Shown one piece after another: positions 24,670-36,836 of a stretch of 64,000 nt of DNA (positions are counted from its first letter, which is position 1; each line of letters opens with the position of its first letter). Made by a program: the position numbers and the translations under genes. The stretch is from Balanoglossus misakiensis (lineage: Eukaryota > Animalia > Hemichordata): NCBI GenBank assembly GCA_040954595.2, contig CM082578.2, positions 16,786,998 through 16,850,997 on the forward strand. The letters run 5' to 3'. Below the pieces are notes generated by a model. The model saw only the letters and a list, made by a program, of their open reading frames with translations, had not been told where the DNA came from and did not search any database.

Positions 24670-26853
24670 TCATTTTTTGTGGCGTCTTTCGTTGATACTT
24701 CGCCGTGCTTTATAAAGCCACCTGATTGACTTTGTTGCAAATTCGCCAGCTTTGATCAAAGTCAGGAAGACGCCACACAACACACCCACCGTGTTCCAAG
24801 GGGAGATGGTTGTCACTAGGTGAGCCTCAGTGATAAACTTGTCCCTCCATTCATACATCACAAAGAAGAGTTCATTAGCCTTTTCTTCTGGTGGCCTGGC
24901 ATCATTGTATTTTACCATAGAAGACTGGGAATAGATTTATGTTATAAAGAAAGGGTTGAATTTTTGAGGAAATAATGCACACAGTAAAAAGTGACCAAAA
25001 AGAACAGTCGCACCATGTATGCAAACAATTCATTATTTTTAACATGTCATAATATAATGTCAGGTGCACATTTCCTGAAATGTTTGGGCACACAATAGCC
25101 ACACATTCCTTGTACACATTCTGCATACATACAGTCACCTCCTATAAATATAGCCATATATCCATGCATATCACAAATCAAATCAATCAATTGCACATTT
25201 TCACTTGGGGCTATGCCAAGAAAGTCAAAAGAACACTCAGCCACACCCCCTTTCACCATATATGGGCATAGCTAAATCATAGGAGTTGTACTGTATACCT
25301 TTGTAAGTGTAGCTGGTGTAAGTTATCCAACACTCACCTCAATGTCAAAGTCTGAATCACGCGAATTGTCTAAATAATACGTTTCTGTTAGCGACATTTT
25401 TATCCATGTTAGCATACCACCAGAGAAGGTCCATGTTGGATTATTTCTGTCACAATCGCTTATAAATTTGGTCTTGTCAGAGCTGAGTAGAAGATAAATC
25501 AACAAAATATCACACACAGAACGTGGAATTATATTAAGACTTGTCATTAAATTTGTGACAACACTTCAACGTTTCCGTCAAACAAAGATGACAAGTTAAC
25601 AGTGCTGGCATATGCCTTATCACTGAATCTCAAATAAATGGCATGTAACAGCTGTATATGGCTTTAATAGTGTCAGTTGCATATGGTTAATGTAAACTAT
25701 GATAAGACATTTCTTGATTCCATCACGGTCAATCGTGGTGGAGTGACAGGTATTTTTATTCATTTTAGTCATTGGTAAAACAGCGATAAATACAAACCGC
25801 ATGTTAATAAATTAAGGACGAACACAATTCGTGTTTGCTCTTGATTCAGAAGCAACTAACATCACAAATCACAGTGATTGATTGATTGATTAATTGGTAA
25901 TTTATTACTTTTCGAAACAAAGGCCCCACAAAATTTCTAGCTGCTGTCTTACATGTTTTTTACAAAAACAAAAATTGTATATGTATGAAAAAGTCACTTA
26001 CCTGTTGTAGAAATGGTACCAATTTGGGAACATCAAGTATTCAATGCCACTAAAATTCCTGGCTGTTAAATTCAAACTAAAGTTTATAAATAAAGTTTCT
26101 TTCTCTTTTAACTTTGTCGGTCCTCGGAAAACCACCGCTTTCCGAAACCTCTCGGGAAAGTATGGGTTTGGATAGCTGATGTTGACGTACGTGCAATTTT
26201 TGTGGTTGGGATCCAATGTTGGTGGCTCAACAATGTCATTATAGAAATGGCCACAGCTGAGAAAAATTGCATTGATGTCAGATGAGTAAATGGCAATGCC
26301 TGTAAGTGAACAAAACAGATAAGACACATTGAAAATCATGGTTTGATCTGGTGTATCTACAGTGTCTATTGCTTTAGCTGTAAAACTTTTATCCCCTCAT
26401 GACTGGGGATGAAAAATGTCTGTAACACAAAATGTATACCTTCTTATAAAACAGGTACTGAATGGTATTTTGGTTCTGTTGAATGAAAATATTACACACT
26501 TGGAGAACAGGATAGATAGAACAGATCATTCAATACTTACCAGGTGCTGGATACACGTCCATTTCTTTGTATGTAATTGACGTGACTGGCCTCTTCCTTG
26601 ATTCCACATACACATTTATCGTGTTGTAGGCCACAATTCCAGCCACGGCTACTAGTGACAGGTAAAACACAGCAAGGAATGTTTTCACAACATGACTGAA
26701 CAGTTCTTTGGTATCTTTGCATTGTGGAGTGATTGACTCTGTAATGGAGGCATTCACAAGTCTCTCTTCATCTTTTGTGGGCATATCATCGTAGTTGTCA
26801 TAATAATTTGAATTCGAATTGCCCTCCTTTTCCTTGTCAGCCACTGTCTTCAT
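24670..26853 (-). CDS. PACC1: Proton-activated chloride channel (TMEM206), exons 26541-26853, 26002-26299, 25338-25482, 24670-24924
   Basis: TM1 is followed by RPVTSITYKEMDVYPAPGIAIY (human HPVMSVSYKEVDRYDAPGIALY). Also WTFSGGMLTWIKMSL and TM2 PWNTVGVLCGVFLTLIKAGEFA. Exons sum to 1011 nt in frame. The ATG directly follows a splice acceptor, so an upstream exon is likely. Confidence 0.9.
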
Positions 26854-27299
26854 CTGAAAATTAACCACAATCACTCGTCTGTGAATTTAAGGTTTCAGTG
26901 TTTTAATTGTCGACTTTGGTAACATTAAGGTTATACATGAAGTGCATATATGCCCATCATCATTATTCCAAGGTCATAAACATTAAGAAACTCAAAGTCA
27001 CTCTGTAATATAATCACACTTTCAAGGTGATATTCTTCAGTCGTGAACACGTCCAATGTTAAACTCAAGGCTGGAGTAACTGACATTTAAATACAATGAG
27101 TTAGAATCACTAGACATAACCAAATGAACAGTAATAACTCGTTGATCAGTATTAAATATTTGGGCTTAATAAATGATTTAAAGGTCTGTGAACTGCAACT
27201 TTTGGTATTACCCAATAGTTTACTTTCTGACTATTAAAAATAAGTTCATGTATCTGATCATAATTCCTAGATCATTAAACTTTCCATTTCAATTTAGAC

Positions 27300-27761
27300 A
27301 GGATACATTGGCCAGTGGGCGTGCACCCTGAAAAGACGTGTTCTTCACAATAACAATCGTTACGCAACAAATTTACATCATAACTAAAACTTTTTCTCCG
27401 CCCTTTCACATGCAAAATCACGGACACTTCCATTACCTCTCGTGATGGCCTTCTGCCTTCCATACTTTTATATCATAAGGGTTGCAGCCAGTACGATGCA
27501 CTGGTTTGTTGTTGATGTTTCACAGAGGTGTATCATGACTGTAAACCGTGGCCACGCATGTAAACTGTGATAAATGACTTGACCAGCTTCACTCAACTAC
27601 TACTAGTCACATCGGCGACCTGCCCCTCTGTGTACGTACTTCAGCCTTGGTCCAAAATAATGAATGTTTATTATCCCGGTTTGACCTTTGCCCTAATACA
27701 CTACTTCCGTTTGCATTGCATCATGGTTTATATACGTCAGCATTAGCGCAGTTGATTCAAG
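27300..27761. promoter_or_regulatory. Probable bidirectional promoter of PACC1 and SELENOK
   Basis: The two genes are head-to-head and the interval is locally CpG-enriched. It has an ETS-like cttccg (~27704) and a YY1-like aagatgg at the SELENOK ATG. Confidence 0.5.
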
Positions 27762-29122
27762 ATGGTGTACATTTCGGAAAGTAAGGCACTGTTTACGTTT
27801 GTGTTTTCTTCATTATAAACGGCCTTGTTTGTTTCAATTGTAAAAAATATCGTGCCCCAAGTCTTCGGTTAACATTCTCATATCGAATTGTGTCGTGTTT
27901 TGACACTGTTATAGAAAACTTTTTCAGTTTGCAATACGGTTTTGAATGGTGACGATGCAGAATCACGGAACGTCGCGTCGCTTCCGGGTTTTCATATCCC
28001 CTCTTTATCTATCTGAGGCTTTGTCTATTTTCTGTATAAGTGCCGTGGTATTATTCGTAACGTATTCGTTTTCTGAAATTTCAGGTCGGGTTTTGGATGG
28101 TCAGTCACCATGGCGGATTGCTGCTATTCCAGAACTCTTCTGGGGAATCCTGAATTTCGTTGTTCTCTTGTAAGTACTTTTCATTGGCTGCAGGCATTGT
28201 TTTGCAATGCAGTACATGCTATATGAATGCTTAATACATGTAGATGCTATAGTGTGAATGAATGAATTTTGCATAGTTGCAAAAATGATACATGAATAAC
28301 TGATTTCTTTGTGTGTTTTTTATTTCGTAGCTTTCAAACCATGGTTTCGGTGAGTTATTACCACTCTTCTATTATAAAAATATACATACAGTATGTATAT
28401 TACATCCATCCATACAAACTTATGAGTCATTCTGTCATGTGCTTGATAATGTTGATCAGTCAGTTGATTGCATGGAAAAAGTATGTATCATTAAAAACAT
28501 AGGTGTGTATTTGTGAGTACCCATTGATTATCTGTTGCCTGTTGATGAAATGTTAATCATGGGATACTGGCCTCTGCATTGTATGTATCTTTTATGCCTT
28601 TATCAATCTGTTCCTCACAGCCTGGGATGACCAAGCGTGGTACTGGATATTCATCAGATTACCGAGCTGGTAATGACCGATGGGGGTGAGTAAATTAGAA
28701 AACTTTATCCAAATCACCACTTTCTTTTAGCTTTGGTATTCAAATACATTGTATGTCATCTGTATGAGAATTACACTTATAACTTGAAAAGGAGTTGTTA
28801 TAATTAATTTAAACACAAATTTAATGTAATTGTTGTGATTTTTCCAATGCAAAATTTCAGAGACTAAATCACAATATTTTGTTTGATTTCAGACCTCCCA
28901 AGCCACCAAGGAGGAGAATGGGAGGATTTGGAGGACGTGGAGGAGGGGCAGCACCCCCACCAATGGCAGGAGGTGGATGAGGAAGGTATATATGGATAAA
29001 AATGTTACTGAAATTCACTGAAAAATTCGCCAGAATTAACAGCTGCTGTTCTTTTACTGTATTGTCATCAATCCATGTCATTTACACTACAAATAAAAGT
29101 GCAATTTTTCTTTTACAGGTAA
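27762..29122 (+). CDS. SELENOK: Selenoprotein K (94 aa, Sec UGA at 28978-28980), exons 27762-27780, 28085-28169, 28331-28349, 28621-28685, 28893-28985, 29119-29122
   Basis: Spliced product MVYISESRVLDGQSPWRIAAIPELFWGILNFVVLFFQTMVSPG...PPRRRMGGFGGRGGGAAPPPMAGGG-U-GR-stop. This matches the SELENOK MVYIS/SPWR/PPPMAGGUGR pattern. A SECIS lies downstream. Confidence 0.95.
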
Positions 29123-29510
29123 TTGCCTGCAAGAAAATGCAGGCAGAAGAGTCAAGCCATTGATATCATGGATTTTTGAAAAAATATCACATTGATAAAC
29201 ATCCTTAGAACTGGACTGTAAGCCTCATTACCTACAAAATACTTCAGCAAGTTACCATGTGACTTATTAGTTTTGAAGATGTCCAACAAATTTACTGCCA
29301 TTTGAAGAAATGTTTGGCCAATTCATGAAGACAGCTCTAGTTATTCATTCACATAGACATCAAAATCCATTTTTAGAGGGAAATGCAGTCCTTGGATAAA
29401 AGTCCATGATAACCAGAAGCCAAACAGATTTGAAATCTGTTGAACTAGAAAAAGCAGTTGAAGATCTGCTGCAGTATGGCTGGCATTTGGTATTGACTCT
29501 TAGTCTTATC

Positions 29511-29598
29511 TGTTGCTGCAGTGTTCACCACTGAGAATGACGTTTACTTGGGGAAACCACTGGTGTGGTACTGGGTAGACTGAAGAAAAACAGCAACA
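29511..29598 (+). promoter_or_regulatory. Type-2 SECIS element in the SELENOK 3' UTR
   Basis: Core ATGAC (29537) opposite TGAAG (29581). Helix II GTTTACTTGG/CTGGGTAGAC pairs over 10 bp including G-U pairs. There is an unpaired AAA and an apical mini-stem CCAC/GTGG. A possible helix I is tgttgctg/cagcaaca. Confidence 0.9.
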
Positions 29599-30475
29599 AA
29601 ATCGGAAAATTGCCCCTTCTAATACATCACTCAATCTTTTTTATTCCAAAATATTTACAATTAATGAAAAGACAGAGTGACCTACTGGCAGTGGCAATTC
29701 AAAGTAAACAAAATCTACATAAATTGTCTTATGTGCAATTTAGGAAAACATATAATATATTGCTTTCGGTACAGACACAAAATCTGTGAAAAAATGGGGG
29801 AAAAAATATTTTGTCTTATTTTCCTGAAATCAATTCATCTGAAATTTTGTCAAACCAGATGATGTTTGAAGTCATCACAATGTTAAATAGAATACCCCTT
29901 AATCATTTTTTTCTATCTTCGCTATAATAATATTCATTTTCTTCCGATAAATTATTACTAATATACACATTATTGTTGTAATAGATAGAATTTCATTTGC
30001 TATTTGTATATTTACTGTAGCTCATGTAGGATAATTTTGACATGACCTTCGCAAAGCATTTATTTACTTTGATCCACTCTTACTCACACACACACAGTCA
30101 ATTAATGTGCAAACTTGCAGTTGCAACGCAGATGGTCTCTTTTGTGGAAAAGAATGTATTTTTATGTATCTCAAGCTTTTTTCCCTTAAAGGAAAATATT
30201 ACATTTGTCAGAAATTGAAATAAGTACTTCATGTGTAAGAGCAGTGTATTTCAAACACACCTGTTTTTGTTTTTAAAAAGTTGAACAAGTAAATACTTTC
30301 TGAAATAATAGCCATGGCTGGTTTGCTTGCTTGTGCCAACAGAAATAACCTGCATCAACAAACTGGAAAAGAGGGTCTGGCAGTTGAGTGTACACGTCTG
30401 TAGGCTGCAATTTGTTGACGTTCATACATGGGTCAGAATTGCATCAGTTCAGTGTCATTGTGAGAGGATATATTT

Positions 30476-33400
30476 TCACCACACAAATGGTGACCTCTCC
30501 CTCAAAACTTTGAGTCCATATTGCTTCCACTCCCTCTGTCGTATCCAGAGTTCTTGGGAAGTGTCAAGGCAAGACAAAACAGCTCCTCCTTTCCAACATG
30601 TCAGACGGGGATCTAAATCCTGCGAGAGGAATGAAAGAATGAACATCAGCAGAATTCATGAGAGGCTTGGGCCTAACTTTCTCATCAATGACACTATATG
30701 CAAGGCAATTCCATGCACATGTACTTGTGATGGTAAAGAGCGCCCCCTATCAAGATTTGCTGGGATATCTGTTGAATAACCTCTGTAGACTAACGTTACC
30801 TCACCTTTGATTTACACATGACTTCCACACTTTCAAGTTGACTTCGGAAGTGTTGCGGAATTCCAGAGAGAATTCTGTAATGCAACGTCTCTTGAGCTCC
30901 TTGGAACAGTAATCCGCCACCCACCACCAAAATGGTACTGTACATTTTCTTTTTGGTTTCTTCTGATGCTGAGTAAGTTGAAGGGATAGCCATGAATTAT
31001 TCAATTGATGTGATCAAGAGATGCTGTGCTATTTTGGTTAATGGCCAGTTGTCATGGCTTTAATGAATAACGAACACTGTCATAACTGAAATGAATTAAG
31101 TTGAATGTGAACTTACAACAGCAACTGATGCTGTGCAATACAGCTTCATCGAGACCTGGCAGTCTATCCTGAAAATCTGAGGACGCCATTCTCCTGGACA
31201 TGGTCAGCATCTGTGGTTCCGGTTCTTCTGTTTCTCTTTCTTCCATCATTTTTTCGGAACTTTTGGACTTGTCATCCGTGTTTCCATTGCCTTCCTGATT
31301 TTGGTTGCCAGTGTTGGTGTCAGCACTGGCTCCAGATTTGGGTTTGTTTGTCTATAAGATGGAAAAGAAGTATTGAGTTTTGGGCAGTTAGTATGACACA
31401 ATTTCAATTGCCTGAAAGCTCACAGCAGTCACCACTGGTATAAACAAATGGCAATCACTGGAAAATTTACACTGGAAGTGACTGCAGCTAGTTTGTCATT
31501 TCTTCATTTCATACCTCTCTACTCTGTGTCTGTAGAAGATATGTCTCATCATGAGGATCTTCGGAATCTCCCTGGTTCCTCTGCTGTGTGTGGATCAAAT
31601 TCTTACCAACCAGACCGCACATCTCAGGGAAAAATATAGTCAATGGAGCTAATAGCCCTTCATCTCCTAGTTTAATCTGGTACAGCACTGTCGGTTTGTG
31701 TGGCTGGCGGATGTGAAACTCATGCAGCTGGGCTCCATATATATCCTAAAGCGATAAGAGAGACTTTTGAGTAGTAAGACTATCAAATTTAAGCTGTGTG
31801 GTTTTCAGACTTGAATACTGGTATCACAACACTACTAACCTGGTCCATGTGACAGAAGCTTTCTTTCAATTCTTGCATCAAAATTGCATCCGCTCTGCTC
31901 GCTAAGTCACATTCTTTGTAAGGGAAATAGACCCTGCTTAGCAACCACGCGAAACACCGACTGATGTCACTTCCTCCATATGAAAGTCGTATTCTGTTGA
32001 AAAAATTTAACATCAGTCACAGTAATTTTTTTTGCATCTACTGGTATTTCAAATCAACTGTGTTATATATGATGTACTTGCCTTGTATTTCTGTGTGACA
32101 GTCCATCTTCAACACAGGATATGCTCGTCTTCTGATCTCCGACATCAACAACACAAGCACTGGATAATCCTGCACCAAATGTGGCACAAACTGATTCCTG
32201 TTTTTACAGAATGAACAAGGCACACAAATAAATAACTACTTTTTAGAGAAACAAATCCCTGTTAACAGCGTAACAGAAAAGAACTTTTCCCACAAAAAGC
32301 TGCATGTAAATCCAGAATGACATTACACAGATTACACAATGAGAAAACGTTATGTTGTTCTGTCATAGAATGAAATCTGTCATTCTATTTATCTATAAAA
32401 ATTTCTTCCTTGTGGAGAGGAAAAAAGAACAGTATGAAGTAGATTACCTGTATAACAATGGCTGCACCAAAACCAAGCCTGTTTAACAGTAAACTCATCA
32501 GTTCTTTAACATGCGGTCTGTGATAAATATCTGGGATCAGTAATATGGCCCTATAGTGCTGCAGTAAATGTAGATAAACATGGAGAGAAAAAGAGAGACG
32601 GGTAACTTTGTTAAAATATTCTTTCTATAATCTATATCTGATGTCATATCATCACAGTATAATGTATTAGTTGATTTCACTGCCATTGTATGATCCAAAG
32701 CCATTGCTTCCTCTGGTACCATGGTAGAGCTGGACCTCTTACTTACCCGTAAGTCTTTGACAGGAATTTCCAGATGCCTTTCAAGGGCTGTTTTCCAGAT
32801 GACCTCCAGATCCTGCATGACAGCACTCAGAGAACCGCCAATACCTCGATGGAGATTCAATCCTCCACAGCGAAACGGTCTGTGAAAATTGTAACAGTCT
32901 TCTGGACTTATGTACAGTGCCTAGAAAGATACAATGATTCCAGTAGAAAATTATTATCACAGAAATGATAAGCTTTATTCACAGACTGAGCACAGATGTA
33001 GTGTCTCGTTGCAAACGGTAACGCAAGGGTGATCAATTCGAAGTCACACAAGAACACACATATTCTGAAAAAAACGTCAGCAGTTTTGTTTTTCTGATAG
33101 GGAAAGGTACAGAGCACCTTGTCCAAGTACCATATAAACAGGCTAGCTGAACTTAATGTATACTTGTACATGACTTTGGCTAAATACTTACTTCTTCACC
33201 CACAACAGTGTCTGGCAACTGTTGAGTATCTGTCCATTTCAGACCAGAGTTATCATCCAACCTCTGTGGAATCACTGTGGAATTATATGCAGACACCTGG
33301 TAGAAAAGAATGGACATGTTCAAATAAAAACCTTTGGCAGAAATCATGACAATCCAAGGGTTTATTAATTTTCCTCTACTGATTCATAGTCTTGCTAATC

Positions 33401-34237
33401 TTATGAAAGGTTATATATTTTTCTCTTTACCTGTTCTGGAGGTGTGGAGAGTCTTCTATGACCAGATGATGTATGCCTTGCCCACACCGCTTGTTGTGCT
33501 TTCCTCAGCCCTGACTCCATCACTTGATCACATTCTGAATGCTGGATTTGATCAAATTGCATGCAGTTAATAATAATGTCAATTAATGGAAATGAGACAA
33601 AGTAGATAAAATTGCTAAATTACAAACTTCCTACTTACATTAGTTTCATATCTCAAAATGGTATAATCTTCTTGAACTGTCTGTCCAATAGTTTTGTGTC
33701 TTCTTGCAATGAGATGTGGTATACAGACAGGGACAGTATCTGAAGCACGTCCAAGTCTGAGATATGTTGATCCAGGATGAATCACTACAATGGCTGTTGT
33801 CTGTATAGGCTGTGAATTGATAACAGGTGAAGTTCTTCACACTAGAGTACAACAAACTTTTAAAAGCCAGCGTGTACAGCTGTCTACAGGAGTGATACAA
33901 CAACAACAAGATTCCTAAGTTCCCTGTGAGTCAAGCCAGGCGGTCTGCACACCCCTACACAAAACTTATTGTGGACCCCTCCCCCCCCCCCAAAAAAAAA
34001 AGCCTGGGTGGTCTCGCCGTACGTGACTTGTTGGCCACGGACTGATCTTGGTCATAACTTCGCTGGAAGCGAACCCGGGCCATCTCGACATACATACACT
34101 CAGCTTATGCTTCGATCGTCAAGCAAGTGTACAATGTACCCATAGATTCGTACCTCAGCTGGTTGTTCTGGCACAACTGGAACTTGTTGTTGAGGTCGTG
34201 GCTTCTCTTTCTTTGGAGTGGGTCCTACGGGAGCCAT
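30476..34237 (-). CDS. ACTR8: Actin-related protein 8 (INO80 subunit), multi-exon
   Basis: Starts MAPVGPTPKKEK. Exons encode IVVIHPGSTYLRLGRASDTVP, NLHRGIGGSLSAVMQDLEVIW, RLSYGGSDISRCFAWLL, KMYSTILVVGGG and the C-terminus DPRLTCWKGGAVLSCLDTSQELWIRQREW...RERSPFVW-stop. Confidence 0.93.
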
Positions 34238-35350
34238 GCTGCGTGCATAAAAATGGCAGTGCAACAAACTATCACTTGTGCATTACAGTGTTGTTGTTTT
34301 ATTACGAAGAAGACGTGTTTTCTCCGCTTCCACTGCATTCACATGTGCACATGAGTAAAACGTCACCACTTTATGTGTTTCTTGTTCACAGATATTTTCC
34401 TTTGTCCTTGTAAACATAATAATATCACATACACTGAATTTCTGCAGTGATTGAGAATTGACGATTTTGCAAATATCTTGTTTAGATATTTTATATACAG
34501 AAGTCTAATTGGTATTTTTTAGGTTATTTATGTTGTTATTGTCAACGATCTGTGTACGAGGTCCACACAACAAACATGGCGGCAAAATTGAAGGGATGCG
34601 TATCTCCAGCTCATGCAGCTTGCTCCTTCATGATCATGCGATAGAAGACGGGGCCGCATGTAGCCACAAACACGCCATCTTCAAGACACACAGTGTGTTG
34701 AGCGCTGGGAGTGCCCACTGCAGTGCTATGTGGTGCCAAATGCAGTTTTGAATCATGTGAATACTTGAACCAATCTGAGGACCTCCTCCACACAAACAAG
34801 TTCACTAGGAGAATCCAGGAAACTGGATTTGACCTCCATTTAAGCACAGGAAAATTAGACATTTGCGTGTTCTAATGACATCAAGTATTGTTTTTCCTTC
34901 CCACCCAACAATTTTGCCTTGCCATATGTCAGATGCAGTTCAAATGAGGAAAATGTGGCATTTCAATATGTAACCATAACAAGTAAACAATGGGTTTCTA
35001 TTGTCACTGTTACTACCAGTAGATGTAGATGCCATTATGAACTTCAAAGTATGTTATAACAAACAAACAATCAATCAACAGCAGTTATTTGGGCAAAGTG
35101 CCGAATGAATATAATTTATTATTGAAAAAAAAAATGTTACATATTTCAATAACAATATGTTGAAGATGTCAATCATTGTAATGGATCAGGAAGAGAACAG
35201 GAATGTGTCTGGGAATGACGCCACTGTTCTGAAGATGGTACAGTCGTCTTGATACACTCCAAATGAAATAGTCAGTTTGACACACACGGTTTCTTCATCT
35301 TGAAAACAGCTGCTTATGCTTTTGGTGAAGGATGTTCATTTCAACAGTTT

Positions 35351-36203
35351 TCACCAAGCATACTTTATTTTTTTCCTCTTTCTATCCCTGATTTTCTTCA
35401 CTGTCCTCCTGCTCATCCAACCGGGATAATTTCCATGCTCGTTTACCATTGAATCTTTTTTACTCTTGTTTACATCAACTTCCATCTTTTCACCTGAAAA
35501 ACAGAAAGTGTGACATGTACAGTTAGACATCAAAGTTTGTTATTCGAACACTCTAACTTCCTCAATCCAAATCAAAGATAAATTTCCACAGCTTTTTTAG
35601 CCAGCAAAAGAGAATAAAATTACGAAAATCTATTTCAAATACGATAAAACAGCACAAACAATTCCCTGATTTTTACCATGAACTTGTGTTTCTGAGTCCA
35701 TCTTACTGTCATCTCTTTTCGTGTCTGCTCTTGTCTTCATCTTTGTTGATTTAGTAACTGCAACAAAAAATAACACGTCAATTTTATTAATTGAGTGGCA
35801 TTCCTAGTAAACTGCTGTTTTGTGAACTATGTGAATACATCATTCCAATCTGAGAATGAACTGGAGATAAAAGATTTTAATGATCAACAAAGCTATCAGT
35901 CTATGCAAGAATACTGACTCATTATAGTCAACAATACAAATGGTCCATATATGGTGGTATAATTGGTTCCTCATTTGAGTGCTAGTAGTTGACCTATACA
36001 CAATAAAATTCAGGTCGTTGGTAAAGATTGCCAAGAACCTAAATGTCTCTACCTGTGCATATCTCTTTCATCTCTGCATCAATGGTTCCATCTTCATTCA
36101 CTCCCAACATTTTCTTCAATTTCACCATTTCTCTTTTGCCAATTTTCTCTCTTTTGATGGCCCGAAACTTGCGTTTCCTCTTGCTTCGTATACTCTTTGC
36201 CAT
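35351..36203 (-). CDS. LLPH: LLP homolog (LAPS18-like nucleolar protein), exons 36053-36203, 35677-35757, 35351-35493
   Basis: N-terminus MAKSIRSKRKRKFRAIKR and C-terminus NEHGNYPGWMSRR...KYAW match the conserved LLPH ends. Exons sum to 375 nt in frame. Confidence 0.9.
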
Positions 36204-36569
36204 GGTTACAGATGCCTCTGCAGAGTCAAATACATTCCACCCGTTAAAAAGAATACATGACAGATCACAAAGAACCTAGTATCGGACGATGTACATAATG
36301 TAGAGAAGTCAGTCATGCCTAGCTGCAGTTCAGTAGCTCTAGGTTTTGTCGTCTAACACATAAACCAAGGCAAAACCTAGAGCTACTGAACCGCAGCTAC
36401 ACAGACCATGCCATGGAACAACACAGCATATGTACCGATGATCGAATGCCACGCTGCCGGTAGGTCGGGTCTACCGAAGCTCCTTGATCTGGTAATGCTT
36501 TGATCACAATTACACTTAGGCAGTTATGAACAAATGAGTCCCAACAAAACTGATTTATCGAATACTTGC

Positions 36570-36836
36570 CTGGGAGAAGTCCAAAGAAAGACAACTTTCT
36601 AGATCTCTGAAGACAATGTTACGCTGTGTTTCCCAACACGTGGTGTCAAAGGTCAAAAGGAACGCATAACTCGATGACGTTGCACACACAAACACATGTG
36701 CGCGCATTGCTCGATGCTGCAGCAGACGCCGCGGCTGACGCGAAGTGAAATCTGCTGCTGCCGCTGCATTACACGCTGAACTTGCATTGTCCACTTGAAG
36801 TAAAGGTAAACCGAACGTCAATTACATGTCATAAAC
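36570..36836. promoter_or_regulatory. Probable bidirectional promoter of LLPH and RPUSD3
   Basis: A CpG-rich interval between head-to-head genes, with an NRF1-like tgtgcgcgca and tgacg half sites. Confidence 0.5.
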
